Shown here: positions 39,355 through 48,017 of the stretch, piece by piece
Numbering within the stretch: position 1 is the first letter of the stretch
Layout of the letters: each line of letters begins with the position of its first letter
Origin: Candidatus Bathyarchaeota archaeon
Lineage (GTDB): Archaea > Thermoproteota > Bathyarchaeia > Bathyarchaeales > Bathycorpusculaceae
Assembly (NCBI GenBank): GCA_963815095.1
Contig: CAWFFH010000001.1
Span: forward strand, 32,001 to 96,000
Reading direction: 5' to 3'
DNA: 64,000 nucleotides
Translations under genes and position numbers: made by a program
The notes under the pieces: generated by a model
Databases searched by the model: none
Seen by the model: the letters and a program-made list of their open reading frames with translations, nothing else
What the model was told of the DNA's origin: nothing

Positions 39355-40368
39355 TTGCTGAAAGAGAAAACGGTAAATATGGTCTACGCCATCCAAACTA
39401 ACCAATTAACAAAAGCTTATGGTTCACTCAAAGCAGTCGATTCACTTGACATCGCAGTGGAGTCAGGAGAAATTTTTGGTCTGCTAGGACCTAACGGCGC
39501 AGGAAAAACCACTGTTGTCTCAATGCTTTGCACAATTCTAAAACCAACCTTTGGCTCCGCAACAGTTAACGGCTATGATATTGTCCGAGAAGCTAACAAG
39601 GTGCGAAAATCCATAGGCATAGTTTTCCAAGACCCCAGCATCGACGACCGCTTAACGGGAAGAGAAAATCTATTCATGCACGCTAACCTCTATGGAGTTC
39701 CAGCTTCGGAGCAGAAGGAACGAATCGCTCGTATCCTAAATTTGGTGGAGTTGGAGGATAGGGCGGATGATTTGCTGCGTACTTATTCGGGTGGTATGCG
39801 TCGCAGGCTCGAATTGGGACGTGGCTTGATTCATTACCCAAAAGTGCTATTCTTAGATGAGCCAACTGTTGGGTTGGATCCGCAAACTCGGGACCATATC
39901 TGGAAATATATAAAAGAACTAAAAAAAACGCATGACATCACAGTTGTCTTAACTACTCATTACATGGATGAAGCTGATAGATTATCCGACCGCATTGCTA
40001 TCATGGATCACGGTAAAATTGTTATTTTAGATTCCCCCTCTAAACTTAAAGAAACCCTTGAAGGCGATGTAATAATTGTTAGATCCAATGGTCTTCAAGC
40101 TTTAACGGAGCAGGTTAACAATTCGTTGGGGCTAAATCAAACAAACATAGTTGATGGTGCCCTAGAAATTACGGTGCGCAACGGCAAAACAGTAATGCCC
40201 CGTATCATGGAGTTAGCGGCTCAAAACAAAATTTATGTCGAGTCTTTGCTTCTAAGGGAACCAAACCTCGAAGACGTTTTCCTACATTATACTGGGAGGA
40301 CAATTCGCGAAGATACATCCAAAGAACTGCATGGAGTATCTGCTGCTCGAAGGAGGGCAATTAAATGA
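39355..40368 (+). CDS. ABC-2 type (DrrA-like) ATP-binding protein
   Basis: GPNGAGKTT, YSGGMRRRLE, LFLDEPT.GLDPQ, TTHYMDEA, P.LEDVFL.YTG; likely ATG at 39379. Confidence 0.93.
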   Translation: MLKEKTVNMVYAIQTNQLTKAYGSLKAVDSLDIAVESGEIFGLLGPNGAGKTTVVSMLCTILKPTFGSATVNGYDIVREANKVRKSIGIVFQDPSIDDRLTGRENLFMHANLYGVPASEQKERIARILNLVELEDRADDLLRTYSGGMRRRLELGRGLIHYPKVLFLDEPTVGLDPQTRDHIWKYIKELKKTHDITVVLTTHYMDEADRLSDRIAIMDHGKIVILDSPSKLKETLEGDVIIVRSNGLQALTEQVNNSLGLNQTNIVDGALEITVRNGKTVMPRIMELAAQNKIYVESLLLREPNLEDVFLHYTGRTIREDTSKELHGVSAARRRAIK

Positions 40369-41135
40369 GTGAAACCCGGGGGTTCTATTCTCTTTGGCTT
40401 CGTGAAATCAAACGGTTCTATCGTGACAGAACACGACTTATAACCAGTTTCATTCAACCCTTGCTTTGGCTTGTCATCTTCGCCGCGGCCTTTGCAACAC
40501 GCTTTGTGTTGCCCTCGAACCTGAACTATCAACAAGTAATATTGCCAGGCATAATTGGTCAAACTCTACTTTTCACGGGCATGTTCATGGGCATAAACGT
40601 CATCTGGGATAAGGAATTCGGCTTTATGAAAGAGATTTTGGTTTCCCCAATTTCGCGGTTTACAATTTTCTTAGGCAAAATGGTCGGTGACAGTACAGAC
40701 GCTCTTCTACAGGGGATTATAGTTTTCACCATAGGTTTAGCATTAGGTATCCCCATTAATCCAATTACTTTCCTTTACGCTCTACCCGTCATGCTGCTCA
40801 TCACGTTTGGCTTAGTCAGTATCGGGTTAGTAATTGCAAGTTTCATGGGTAACCTTGAAGGTTTCGGCGCTATCCAAACATTTGTTAATTTACCGCTATT
40901 CTTTCTGAGTGGCGCCCTGTTTCCTCTCAAAGGAGGTAGCCTCCCGGGTTGGTTAGTTGATATTGCGGCATGGAATCCGTTAACTTATGGTGTAGATGCG
41001 TTAAGAAATGTCACTTTAGGTTCGGCGTGGGCACCTTTTCAGGTTCAATCTTTAGGAATTGACCTTGGCGTCATTGCTCTCTTTGACGGCATCATGATTG
41101 TTATTGGTACGTGGGCTTTCTCAAGAATGAAGTAA
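40365..41135 (+). CDS. ABC-2 type permease (DrrB-like)
   Basis: WDKEFGF.KEILVSP.SR, PLFFLSGALFP, NPLTYGVDALR. Confidence 0.92.
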   Translation: MSETRGFYSLWLREIKRFYRDRTRLITSFIQPLLWLVIFAAAFATRFVLPSNLNYQQVILPGIIGQTLLFTGMFMGINVIWDKEFGFMKEILVSPISRFTIFLGKMVGDSTDALLQGIIVFTIGLALGIPINPITFLYALPVMLLITFGLVSIGLVIASFMGNLEGFGAIQTFVNLPLFFLSGALFPLKGGSLPGWLVDIAAWNPLTYGVDALRNVTLGSAWAPFQVQSLGIDLGVIALFDGIMIVIGTWAFSRMK

Positions 41136-41193
41136 TCTGCAGCCCAAAAATTTTTTGTTGATTAGAGGAAAAGAAGCTGGATAATAAAGAAGT

Positions 41194-41478
41194 TTACTTG
41201 TTAGTCATTTCGTTGATTTGCTGCTCCATCGCGTGACCACGACAGAAAACTATTGCTTTCTTTACTCCTGGAACCGACTTTGCTGCATCCCTTAAGTCTG
41301 CTGATAGCTTGAAGGCGATTGGGCAGAATGGGCTTGTTGGAACAAATTCAACGGTGACTGTGCCGGGCTCGGTTTCTTTTACGCTTTGAATCATCTGCAT
41401 TTCCTCGAAGGATTGACCTGTTTCGGGGTCCTGCACTTTGCCTACTTCTAAGCGGACTTTATCTTCAAGTTCAGTCAT
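41194..41478 (-). CDS. DUF59/SufT-like Fe-S cluster assembly protein
   Basis: V.DPE, PTSPFCP motif. Confidence 0.85.
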   Translation of the reverse strand: MTELEDKVRLEVGKVQDPETGQSFEEMQMIQSVKETEPGTVTVEFVPTSPFCPIAFKLSADLRDAAKSVPGVKKAIVFCRGHAMEQQINEMTNK

Positions 41479-41578
41479 AATTTAAACCTCTCAATTACGT
41501 GAAAATATATGAAGTGGAAATGGAATATAAACCGATTGATAAAACAAAAATCTAACTCTGGTTTGACGGTGAGCTGAT

Positions 41579-41998
41579 TTGGCGTTTAACGAATTCTGTA
41601 TATTCTGCAAAATTGTCCGTAAACAAGCACCCTCAAGCATCGTTTACGAAGACGATACAATCATGGCTTTCCTCGACATTCGACCATTAAACATGGGACA
41701 TACCCTTGTAATTCCAAAGGCTCACTACGTTGATATATTTGACATCCCTGAAAAAGAATTAAGCCAAGTCCACAAAGCCGCTAAGTTGGTAGCGTTTGCA
41801 ATCAAAAAATCCACTGTCGCCGACGGCATTAGCATCATCCAACAGAATGGCAAAGCCGCAGGTCAAGACATCTTCCACATCCACGTCCATGTAGTGCCGC
41901 GATTTGATGGACAAAAATTGCCTCCTTTCAGTGAACTCAAAGAAGTCGAGAGAACCAAATTGGATGCGTTGGCAAAGAAAATAAAACAGTATATCTAA
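41579..41998 (+). CDS. HIT family nucleotide hydrolase
   Basis: CIFCKI, AFLDI.P...GHTLVIPK.H, AGQ..FHIHVHVVPR. Confidence 0.95.
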   Translation: MAFNEFCIFCKIVRKQAPSSIVYEDDTIMAFLDIRPLNMGHTLVIPKAHYVDIFDIPEKELSQVHKAAKLVAFAIKKSTVADGISIIQQNGKAAGQDIFHIHVHVVPRFDGQKLPPFSELKEVERTKLDALAKKIKQYI

Positions 41999-42023
41999 AC
42001 TAAATCGTTTAGGATAAATTCTT

Positions 42024-42054
42024 AAAAAAATAAGGAACCTGAAGTTTTCAGGTT
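42024..42054 (-). terminator. Hairpin plus oligo-T terminator downstream of the fasciclin gene
   Basis: Perfect 8-bp inverted repeat AACCTGAA-gtt-TTCAGGTT (42036-42054), followed on the minus strand by T7. Confidence 0.5.
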
Positions 42055-42056
42055 TA

Positions 42057-42524
42057 TTACATTGATTTTTCCATGTTAGCCATCTTTGGCATCAACACTT
42101 TATCTATTGCATGGCAAACTCCGTTATCGACCACTAAATCGGGTTTGATTATGTTTGCTCCGTTAACCTTTATGTTCCTGTGCAGATGCCAACTTTTCGC
42201 ATCTATTATAAGTTCTCCGCCATTAAGTGCTTGCAAATACTCGTGCTCTTTCAAATCTGCGGTCATCATTTTTCCTTCCACCACATGGAAAGTCAAAACT
42301 TCTTTGAGTTTCATAGGGTCTTTTAGAAGCATGTCCCAATCGGCTTTGGGGATTTTATTGAATGCTTCGTCTGTGGGTGCAAAAACTGTGAATGGGCCTG
42401 GACCTTTTAGGGTGTCTACGAGTCCTGCGGCTTTTACTGCTTCGGCTAGTTTGTTCATTCCTGATGCCATTGCGGCGTCAACAATATCCGGCAAAAATTT
42501 CACCTCCACTGCAATTGAGTTCAA
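42057..42524 (-). CDS. Fasciclin (FAS1) domain protein
   Basis: DIVD.A, L..AV.AAGLVDTL.GPGPFTVFAPTDEAF, L.FHVV.G, NGV.HAIDKVLMP. Confidence 0.93.
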   Translation of the reverse strand: MNSIAVEVKFLPDIVDAAMASGMNKLAEAVKAAGLVDTLKGPGPFTVFAPTDEAFNKIPKADWDMLLKDPMKLKEVLTFHVVEGKMMTADLKEHEYLQALNGGELIIDAKSWHLHRNIKVNGANIIKPDLVVDNGVCHAIDKVLMPKMANMEKSM

Positions 42525-42855
42525 AAATCGCTAAGGATACAATGGATAGATTAAACTATAAACCTTACTAATCCACGCTTAAGGTGTCTGTTTCTAATTT
42601 CTTGTTTTTTCTTTAGTTAGTTGATATCGAAAAGTCCCTAACACATCTTCTACCAATAGGCTAGGCTGCAGGTTGTGTTTTGGTTTCAGTGCTGGATTTG
42701 GGTTGCATATTGGTTGTGCAAGCAGCCCCACAAGTAGTTCAAAAAATATAGTTCCTCCCAAAAAGAAGTAATACACATCAAAACCCAAACTACAAAAAAA
42801 GGGCAACGCTAAATCAACTTTGGTTTGTTTAAACCATGTTTCAAAACCGAGCGTT

Positions 42856-43335
42856 TTAGAGTTTGTAACGCCAAAATCCCATGTAGGGCGCCGCCAAATC
42901 CATCTGCCAGAACGCCGCAGACAATTCGCCGTAGTGAATCATGTTTTCCAAAACCATGTGGGTTAACGCCTTCTCAATGGATATGCCCGCGGGCTTGTCT
43001 CCCCAAGGAACAACGATTTGGCGCTTCAAATCTTCCAAAGAAAGCTTCTCCAGATATTTTTCAGTGTTGACCTTAGTTTTTTGCATGTACTTCCTCAATT
43101 CATCAATTTCTTTGAAGTCATCAAAATCTGGGTCAACCCAATCGCTGAAGCGTTCCGGGATGGTGTAGCTTATCCACCTGTCTTCAACTAGCATCAAATG
43201 CAAGAACACATCCCGCATAGAACCATAACTTAAACCCCGAGGCTCAACCACCTGCCCCCAAGGCAACTTCGCCATAGCGTCAAAATAGAGCCCACGAACA
43301 ACGTGGTTGTAACGACCTAAATCGGCGGTTTCCAT
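42856..43335 (-). CDS. DinB/YfiT-family metalloprotein
   Basis: SMRD.FLH...VE.RW and LTH...E..IH.GE His pattern. Confidence 0.85.
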   Translation of the reverse strand: METADLGRYNHVVRGLYFDAMAKLPWGQVVEPRGLSYGSMRDVFLHLMLVEDRWISYTIPERFSDWVDPDFDDFKEIDELRKYMQKTKVNTEKYLEKLSLEDLKRQIVVPWGDKPAGISIEKALTHMVLENMIHYGELSAAFWQMDLAAPYMGFWRYKL

Positions 43336-43368
43336 GAAAATGTGTTAGGTAAATTTGATATTTAAAAA

Positions 43369-44442
43369 TTAAGAAGAAATCGTTTGAGTAATTCTTAGTA
43401 TGATAAACTCAGCTGGCTTCTTGACGGCTACACCGATGAGAAGGTTTATTCGTCCGTTGTCGACGTCGTTTTGGTTCATCGTGGTTTGGTCGCAATGTAC
43501 AAAGAAGGCTTCTTGCTGGGAGGCACCCATCAACATACCGTTCTTCCAAGTTTGTGTCAGAAAATTCTCTGTTTGAGATTTCACTTTAGCCCACGTTGCC
43601 GCATTGTTCGGTTCGAATGTTACCCATGCGGTTCCTTTCTTGATTGATTGCTCAAAGTAAATCATTAACCTGCGGACAGTCACGTACTTCCATTCTGAGT
43701 CGTTTGAGAGCGTTCGGGCGCCCCAAACAAGTATGCCTCTACCCGAAAAGTTCCGAATACTGTTTATTCCCTGTGGTGTAAGATTGTCTTGTTGGTACGA
43801 TTTCATCGTTAACTCAAGGTCCACTGCGCCTTTGACCAACTGATTTGCAGGGGCCTTATGAACGCCAAACTCAATATCGGTGCGCGCGTAGATTCCTGCC
43901 ATATGTCCGCCTGGCGGAACCAAACGCACAGGACCAGTCTCTGTCTCCTTTACGTAAATCCATGGATAATACAACGCGGCAAATGAAGAATCACCCGGTT
44001 TAGTTACACAGGATGGATCCTGGCCTTTGAAAGAATCAAAAATGACAAAGCGGTTCCGTAACCGTTCACAGTGGCCAATCAACGCGTTTGCTAAACCTGA
44101 TGTGGCTTGTGCGTTGGGAGAGTAAATGATTGAAGCATCCACCGCCTCAAGTTTAGCAAGGGCCCCTGCAAAGTGCCCATCGTTTACGTTGCATACGTAA
44201 CAACGTTTGCCACCGTTCCCAAAGAACCCTTCAACTGAATATGGCAGATATTTGTTCGCCCCAAAGTAACCTCCGAAAAGCCTTTGATATTCAATGAAAC
44301 TAGTGACAATGGTTGGGGCAGCTGGGCCAGTTTGGGTTTCACCTAAAAAAGCAGCGTTGCTGGTGCTTACACCCTCGATTGATTGAGGCTGAATTCTGAC
44401 GTTTTGTACAAATACGCCTGGTTTTATGGGTAGACGGCTCAT
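43369..44442 (-). CDS. Contractile tail sheath protein (phage / eCIS type), orphan
   Basis: PGVFV, IEGVSTS.AAFLG, V.SF.EY...FG, GFF.NGG.RCYV, AALYYPW, VPP.G.MAGIYARTD...GVHKAPAN, GIN.IR.F.GRG..VWGARTL, W.YV.VRRL, FEPN, L.G....EAFFV.CD..TM...D..NG, PAEFI. Confidence 0.95.
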   Translation of the reverse strand: MSRLPIKPGVFVQNVRIQPQSIEGVSTSNAAFLGETQTGPAAPTIVTSFIEYQRLFGGYFGANKYLPYSVEGFFGNGGKRCYVCNVNDGHFAGALAKLEAVDASIIYSPNAQATSGLANALIGHCERLRNRFVIFDSFKGQDPSCVTKPGDSSFAALYYPWIYVKETETGPVRLVPPGGHMAGIYARTDIEFGVHKAPANQLVKGAVDLELTMKSYQQDNLTPQGINSIRNFSGRGILVWGARTLSNDSEWKYVTVRRLMIYFEQSIKKGTAWVTFEPNNAATWAKVKSQTENFLTQTWKNGMLMGASQQEAFFVHCDQTTMNQNDVDNGRINLLIGVAVKKPAEFIILRITQTISS

Positions 44443-44451
44443 GATATAGGA

Positions 44452-44859
44452 TTATGTTGGAGGGCGTTTTTGTGCGTATTGGTATCTGCGTGGTTTGCCT
44501 ATACGTGTTAGGATGTTGTCTTTGACGAGGTCGACGAGGGCGTGGGCTACGGCGGTGCGGTCGTAGTGGAAGCCTTTGCGTGCGAGTTCGGTGTGGACGT
44601 CGTCTAAGCCTCGTGGCTCTGAAAACCAGTTTTCTTCCCAGAGTTTTTGGATTACTCCTCGGCAGGTTTCGGCGCGGGGTAGGGAGGCTGGGCGTTCGGC
44701 GATTTGGGTTAGGTTGATGTTTTTGGAGTGTTCGGTTACGGTGGAGAGAATTTGGTTTACGGCGGTTTGGATTTGGTCGCTTTGGGCTTCGATTTCGAAT
44801 TCTATGTCTCCGATTTTCATTTTTACTTTGATGGGTGGGTTTTGCTGTGGTTGTGTCAA
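44452..44859 (-). CDS. Winged-helix hypothetical protein
   Basis: TTG at 44859 preceded by AGGTGA; N-terminal KVKMKIGDIEFEIE beta hairpin; C-terminal WF..PR.L..V..EL...G.HY....VA.AL..LV....L.R.G....YQY. Confidence 0.75.
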   Translation of the reverse strand: MTQPQQNPPIKVKMKIGDIEFEIEAQSDQIQTAVNQILSTVTEHSKNINLTQIAERPASLPRAETCRGVIQKLWEENWFSEPRGLDDVHTELARKGFHYDRTAVAHALVDLVKDNILTRIGKPRRYQYAQKRPPT

Positions 44860-44952
44860 CTCTTCACCTATTGTATATTGAATTGTGCAAGATGCACATG
44901 CACAATACTTAAATATTTCACCAATAAAGATATTGAATATTGGTGAATCAAC

Positions 44953-46023
44953 GTGATTGAACAATATACAATTACTAACAAATATAACTTTCCACAACCC
45001 AGTATCGACTCACTACTCCCCCATCGATTCTTCGAGCAATCAATCCGCACTCTCAAAGAAGTCCAACAAATCCCCATGCACCTAAATCAGCAAGTTGTAC
45101 AGCAGTTCAATATATCCCAACAAACCACCAACCTACAACTTAACCCTGTCCCAATCAACCTAAAACCCGACCACCAAGAAACGATTATTGCAGGTATCGA
45201 CACTTCGACGATAAAAATAGGTGAAACTTCAACAGGGATCATTGTTGCAATCCGTGGGGCGACAACTTGGAAACAAAGCGGCTGCTACAAATACTCGCGA
45301 CTCGGTCCATTCATTTTCCATATAACCGAAGATAACAAAAACCAGCTATTCAACACACTCGAACACGCTTATTTTAGCACGACATATGGCAATTGTCACC
45401 AAGCTGCCCCAAACATCATGCAAATGCCTACACGCCTCGCCAGCCTTCTGGAGAGATGGCTACAAACAATGCTTGCCAAAACCGTGAATCAAGGGGTTCT
45501 CCTCTTTGACGGCTCATTAACTGCTGGTACCCCCGAAACCCCCACTCAGCGCCTTAGGGAAATCTTGAACTTTGCCCGCAGGAATCAGACCACGGTTTTG
45601 GGGTTTTCAAAAGCGACCACATTGAGAGCCAATGGGTTGCTGATAACAGAGCAGCTTCCTAATCGTGATCCACCTTACTTGCTCGAGACCTCAGGGTTAC
45701 ACTCAAAACCGCCGATGATGCTGCTGGGCGATGTCTATGTGGCTCGGCTCAACAAGGCAAACTTTGCATTCAGAATGGATATTGACAAAGAGACGCCCTT
45801 TGCACAACGAATCGACGCACTTCAAAAGCTCTTGGGCAATGATCTCTACACTCAAAGCTACCCCGAAACCCTGCGTTTATCGCATATTCTTTGCACCTTT
45901 ACGGCAAACGAAGTCTTAGCAATCAAACACTTCATTATCCGCAAACACGGCATCCAAATCGTCAACAGACCGGACATGCACAAAGTCCTCTTCGGCTCCT
46001 ACGGGTTCAAGGGAGAAAACTAA
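44953..46023 (+). CDS. nurA: NurA-family nuclease
   Basis: IAGIDTS, LLFDGSL, LGFSK.T and YPETLRLSH motifs. Confidence 0.8.
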   Translation: MIEQYTITNKYNFPQPSIDSLLPHRFFEQSIRTLKEVQQIPMHLNQQVVQQFNISQQTTNLQLNPVPINLKPDHQETIIAGIDTSTIKIGETSTGIIVAIRGATTWKQSGCYKYSRLGPFIFHITEDNKNQLFNTLEHAYFSTTYGNCHQAAPNIMQMPTRLASLLERWLQTMLAKTVNQGVLLFDGSLTAGTPETPTQRLREILNFARRNQTTVLGFSKATTLRANGLLITEQLPNRDPPYLLETSGLHSKPPMMLLGDVYVARLNKANFAFRMDIDKETPFAQRIDALQKLLGNDLYTQSYPETLRLSHILCTFTANEVLAIKHFIIRKHGIQIVNRPDMHKVLFGSYGFKGEN

Positions 46024-46025
46024 CC

Positions 46026-47486
46026 ATGAAACTATACAAAAAAGAAGGCAACATTCTCCAAATCATCAGCTTCCCCACTGAGAACGCAGAAAAAGGAGAT
46101 TATTTGCTAGTCGAAGATGGTGATGCAGCGAAGGCTTTGATTGCACAGGTTATTGATGTTCAATTCGCGGCTGTCCCCGGTGTTTTGGAAGAATTATTGC
46201 GGACGTTGCCCGATGGAGGCGAACCCTTGCAGGGCGAAGACATTGACCCTATGGAAATTGCACCCCACATCACTTACATCCAAGATGCAAGCCTTCTGAT
46301 TTGTAAGATAAGGGCAACCTTGGAAAACGAAATGTTCAGTCCAAGTAGCAGTTGGTTACCTTCTCGTTCGCAATCTACTATCAAGAAACTTTCTATCCCC
46401 ATGCTTATGAAAATGGCGAAGGTCGATGGTAAATTGCCTATAACTATGGGCGGAACTAAAGATTCCTCGCTCCTCACCATTGACGCCTCGGATATCGACG
46501 GTACCCTAAACATCATCACAGGAAAGAAGGGCTGCGGCAAATCTCACCTCTCAAAACTCCTCATGGTCAACCTCGTCGGTTACAAAGCAACCGTAGTTAT
46601 CTTTGACCTTAACGGTGAATACAGTAGCCTCGGCATGACCAATGACGGCAAAAGAAACATGTACTACGACAAAATCCACACGCTCACGCCTTCTCAGAAT
46701 TTCAAGGTGGCACTTGAGCAGCTGCCTCTGAATACCGTGATGGGAATACTCGTGAATGCGCTTCATCTGCCCGGAACTTCAGCCCGTGAGTTCAGAAGAC
46801 TATGGAAAATGCTCAAGGAACAGGGCAAGCTGAATATGCAAAATTTGGGTGAAGCAATCCGAGACTTGAACTGTAATCAGCACGTGCGAGATGCGTTGGC
46901 GTCAAGGTTTCATTCGTTTGCTAACTCGGGTTTCTTCACTGACTGCTTAGGTGAGGCTTCTTTGCTTGATGAGAGCATTTTCAAAGCTAAAGATGTTGGC
47001 GGTGCTATCATAGTAAACCTAAAAAATACCTCTAATATCGACCGCCAAATAGTCGTTGAATACGTTCTGGGGAAACTGGTTGATTCCCTCTCCAAGTGGA
47101 AACTCAAAGCCGTCTTCCTATTCGCCGAAGAAGCTCATCTGTACCTACGCGAAACCTACTGGGACGACATCGTCACCCGCATGCGCCATTACGGCATATT
47201 TACCACCTTCATAACCAACCAACCGGACACAATCCAAGAAACCATCTACCGACAGGCCGATAATATCTTCCTCTTCAACTTCACCAACGAACATGATTTG
47301 GATGTGGTTTCAAGGGCAGCTCGTGTTGATTCTGAAACGGTGCGTTCAATTGCTCGCGATTTGCCACCGCATCACTGCCTAACCCTGGGCAAAGTGGTAA
47401 GAGATTTTCCAATAGTAGCACGTGTCAGAGCCTTAGACATCAAAACATTGGGAGAAACACGCCTGTTCTTTAGCGATAAGAATTAG
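46026..47486 (+). CDS. herA: HerA/FtsK-family ATPase (DUF87)
   Basis: N-terminal HAS-barrel-like region; Walker A ITGKKGCGKS, IFDLNGEY, Walker B LFAEEAH, R.RHYG, ITNQP. ATG at 46026, 2 nt after the nurA stop. Confidence 0.83.
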   Translation: MKLYKKEGNILQIISFPTENAEKGDYLLVEDGDAAKALIAQVIDVQFAAVPGVLEELLRTLPDGGEPLQGEDIDPMEIAPHITYIQDASLLICKIRATLENEMFSPSSSWLPSRSQSTIKKLSIPMLMKMAKVDGKLPITMGGTKDSSLLTIDASDIDGTLNIITGKKGCGKSHLSKLLMVNLVGYKATVVIFDLNGEYSSLGMTNDGKRNMYYDKIHTLTPSQNFKVALEQLPLNTVMGILVNALHLPGTSAREFRRLWKMLKEQGKLNMQNLGEAIRDLNCNQHVRDALASRFHSFANSGFFTDCLGEASLLDESIFKAKDVGGAIIVNLKNTSNIDRQIVVEYVLGKLVDSLSKWKLKAVFLFAEEAHLYLRETYWDDIVTRMRHYGIFTTFITNQPDTIQETIYRQADNIFLFNFTNEHDLDVVSRAARVDSETVRSIARDLPPHHCLTLGKVVRDFPIVARVRALDIKTLGETRLFFSDKN

Positions 47487-47916
47487 CTTTCTCTAATTTT
47501 TCCCTGTTTTGAACAAAGAATCGTCGAAAAGATGCAGTTAAGTTATATTTTTCCACTTCGTCAAAGGGAACCCAACGTAGCTCTGCGGCATCACTCGCTG
47601 CTTGTATGATTCCTGCTTTGACGTGTACGAGGTAATCGATAATGACATAGTGGTATTTTACTTTCCCTTGCTCGTCCAAATCAACATTATCCACGACATC
47701 GATGAGTTCTGGTTTTTCAACGTCTAAGCAGGTTTCCTCTTTAGTTTCGCGGATAACTGCAACTTCGATGTTTTCGCCGAGCTCAACCAAGCCTCCCGGA
47801 ATCGTCCATTTGCCTTTGCTGGGTTCGTTTCCCCGCTTTATGAGTGCTATTTTGTCGTCTTTTACTATTACAACACCGATGCCCACAACGGGTTGGTCAG
47901 GGTATAAGCGTTTCAC
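47470..47916 (-). CDS. NUDIX hydrolase (ADP-ribose pyrophosphatase-like)
   Basis: YP..P.VG, W.IPGG.VELGE....A..RETKEET Nudix box, HYVIIDY. Confidence 0.92.
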   Translation of the reverse strand: MKRLYPDQPVVGIGVVIVKDDKIALIKRGNEPSKGKWTIPGGLVELGENIEVAVIRETKEETCLDVEKPELIDVVDNVDLDEQGKVKYHYVIIDYLVHVKAGIIQAASDAAELRWVPFDEVEKYNLTASFRRFFVQNREKLEKANSYR

Positions 47917-48017
47917 GAATAAGCCTCAGATACGATATGTTAGTTGTACTTTAAAACTGATGTGGGTTTGAGTTTGAAATAAAAAAAATAAAAGAAAAAA
48001 TGGTTGGGTAGGAAGCC

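Noticed and set aside
44860-44997. N-terminal extensions in the ORF track for the wHTH gene (to 44997) and for herA (from 45891)
   Set aside because: These extensions overlap neighbouring genes. Better starts are TTG 44859 (with RBS) and ATG 46026.
43369-47486. Provirus around the sheath gene, with HerA as a packaging ATPase
   Set aside because: No integrase, capsid, terminase, portal or att repeats were seen, and the HerA is coupled to NurA like cellular pairs.
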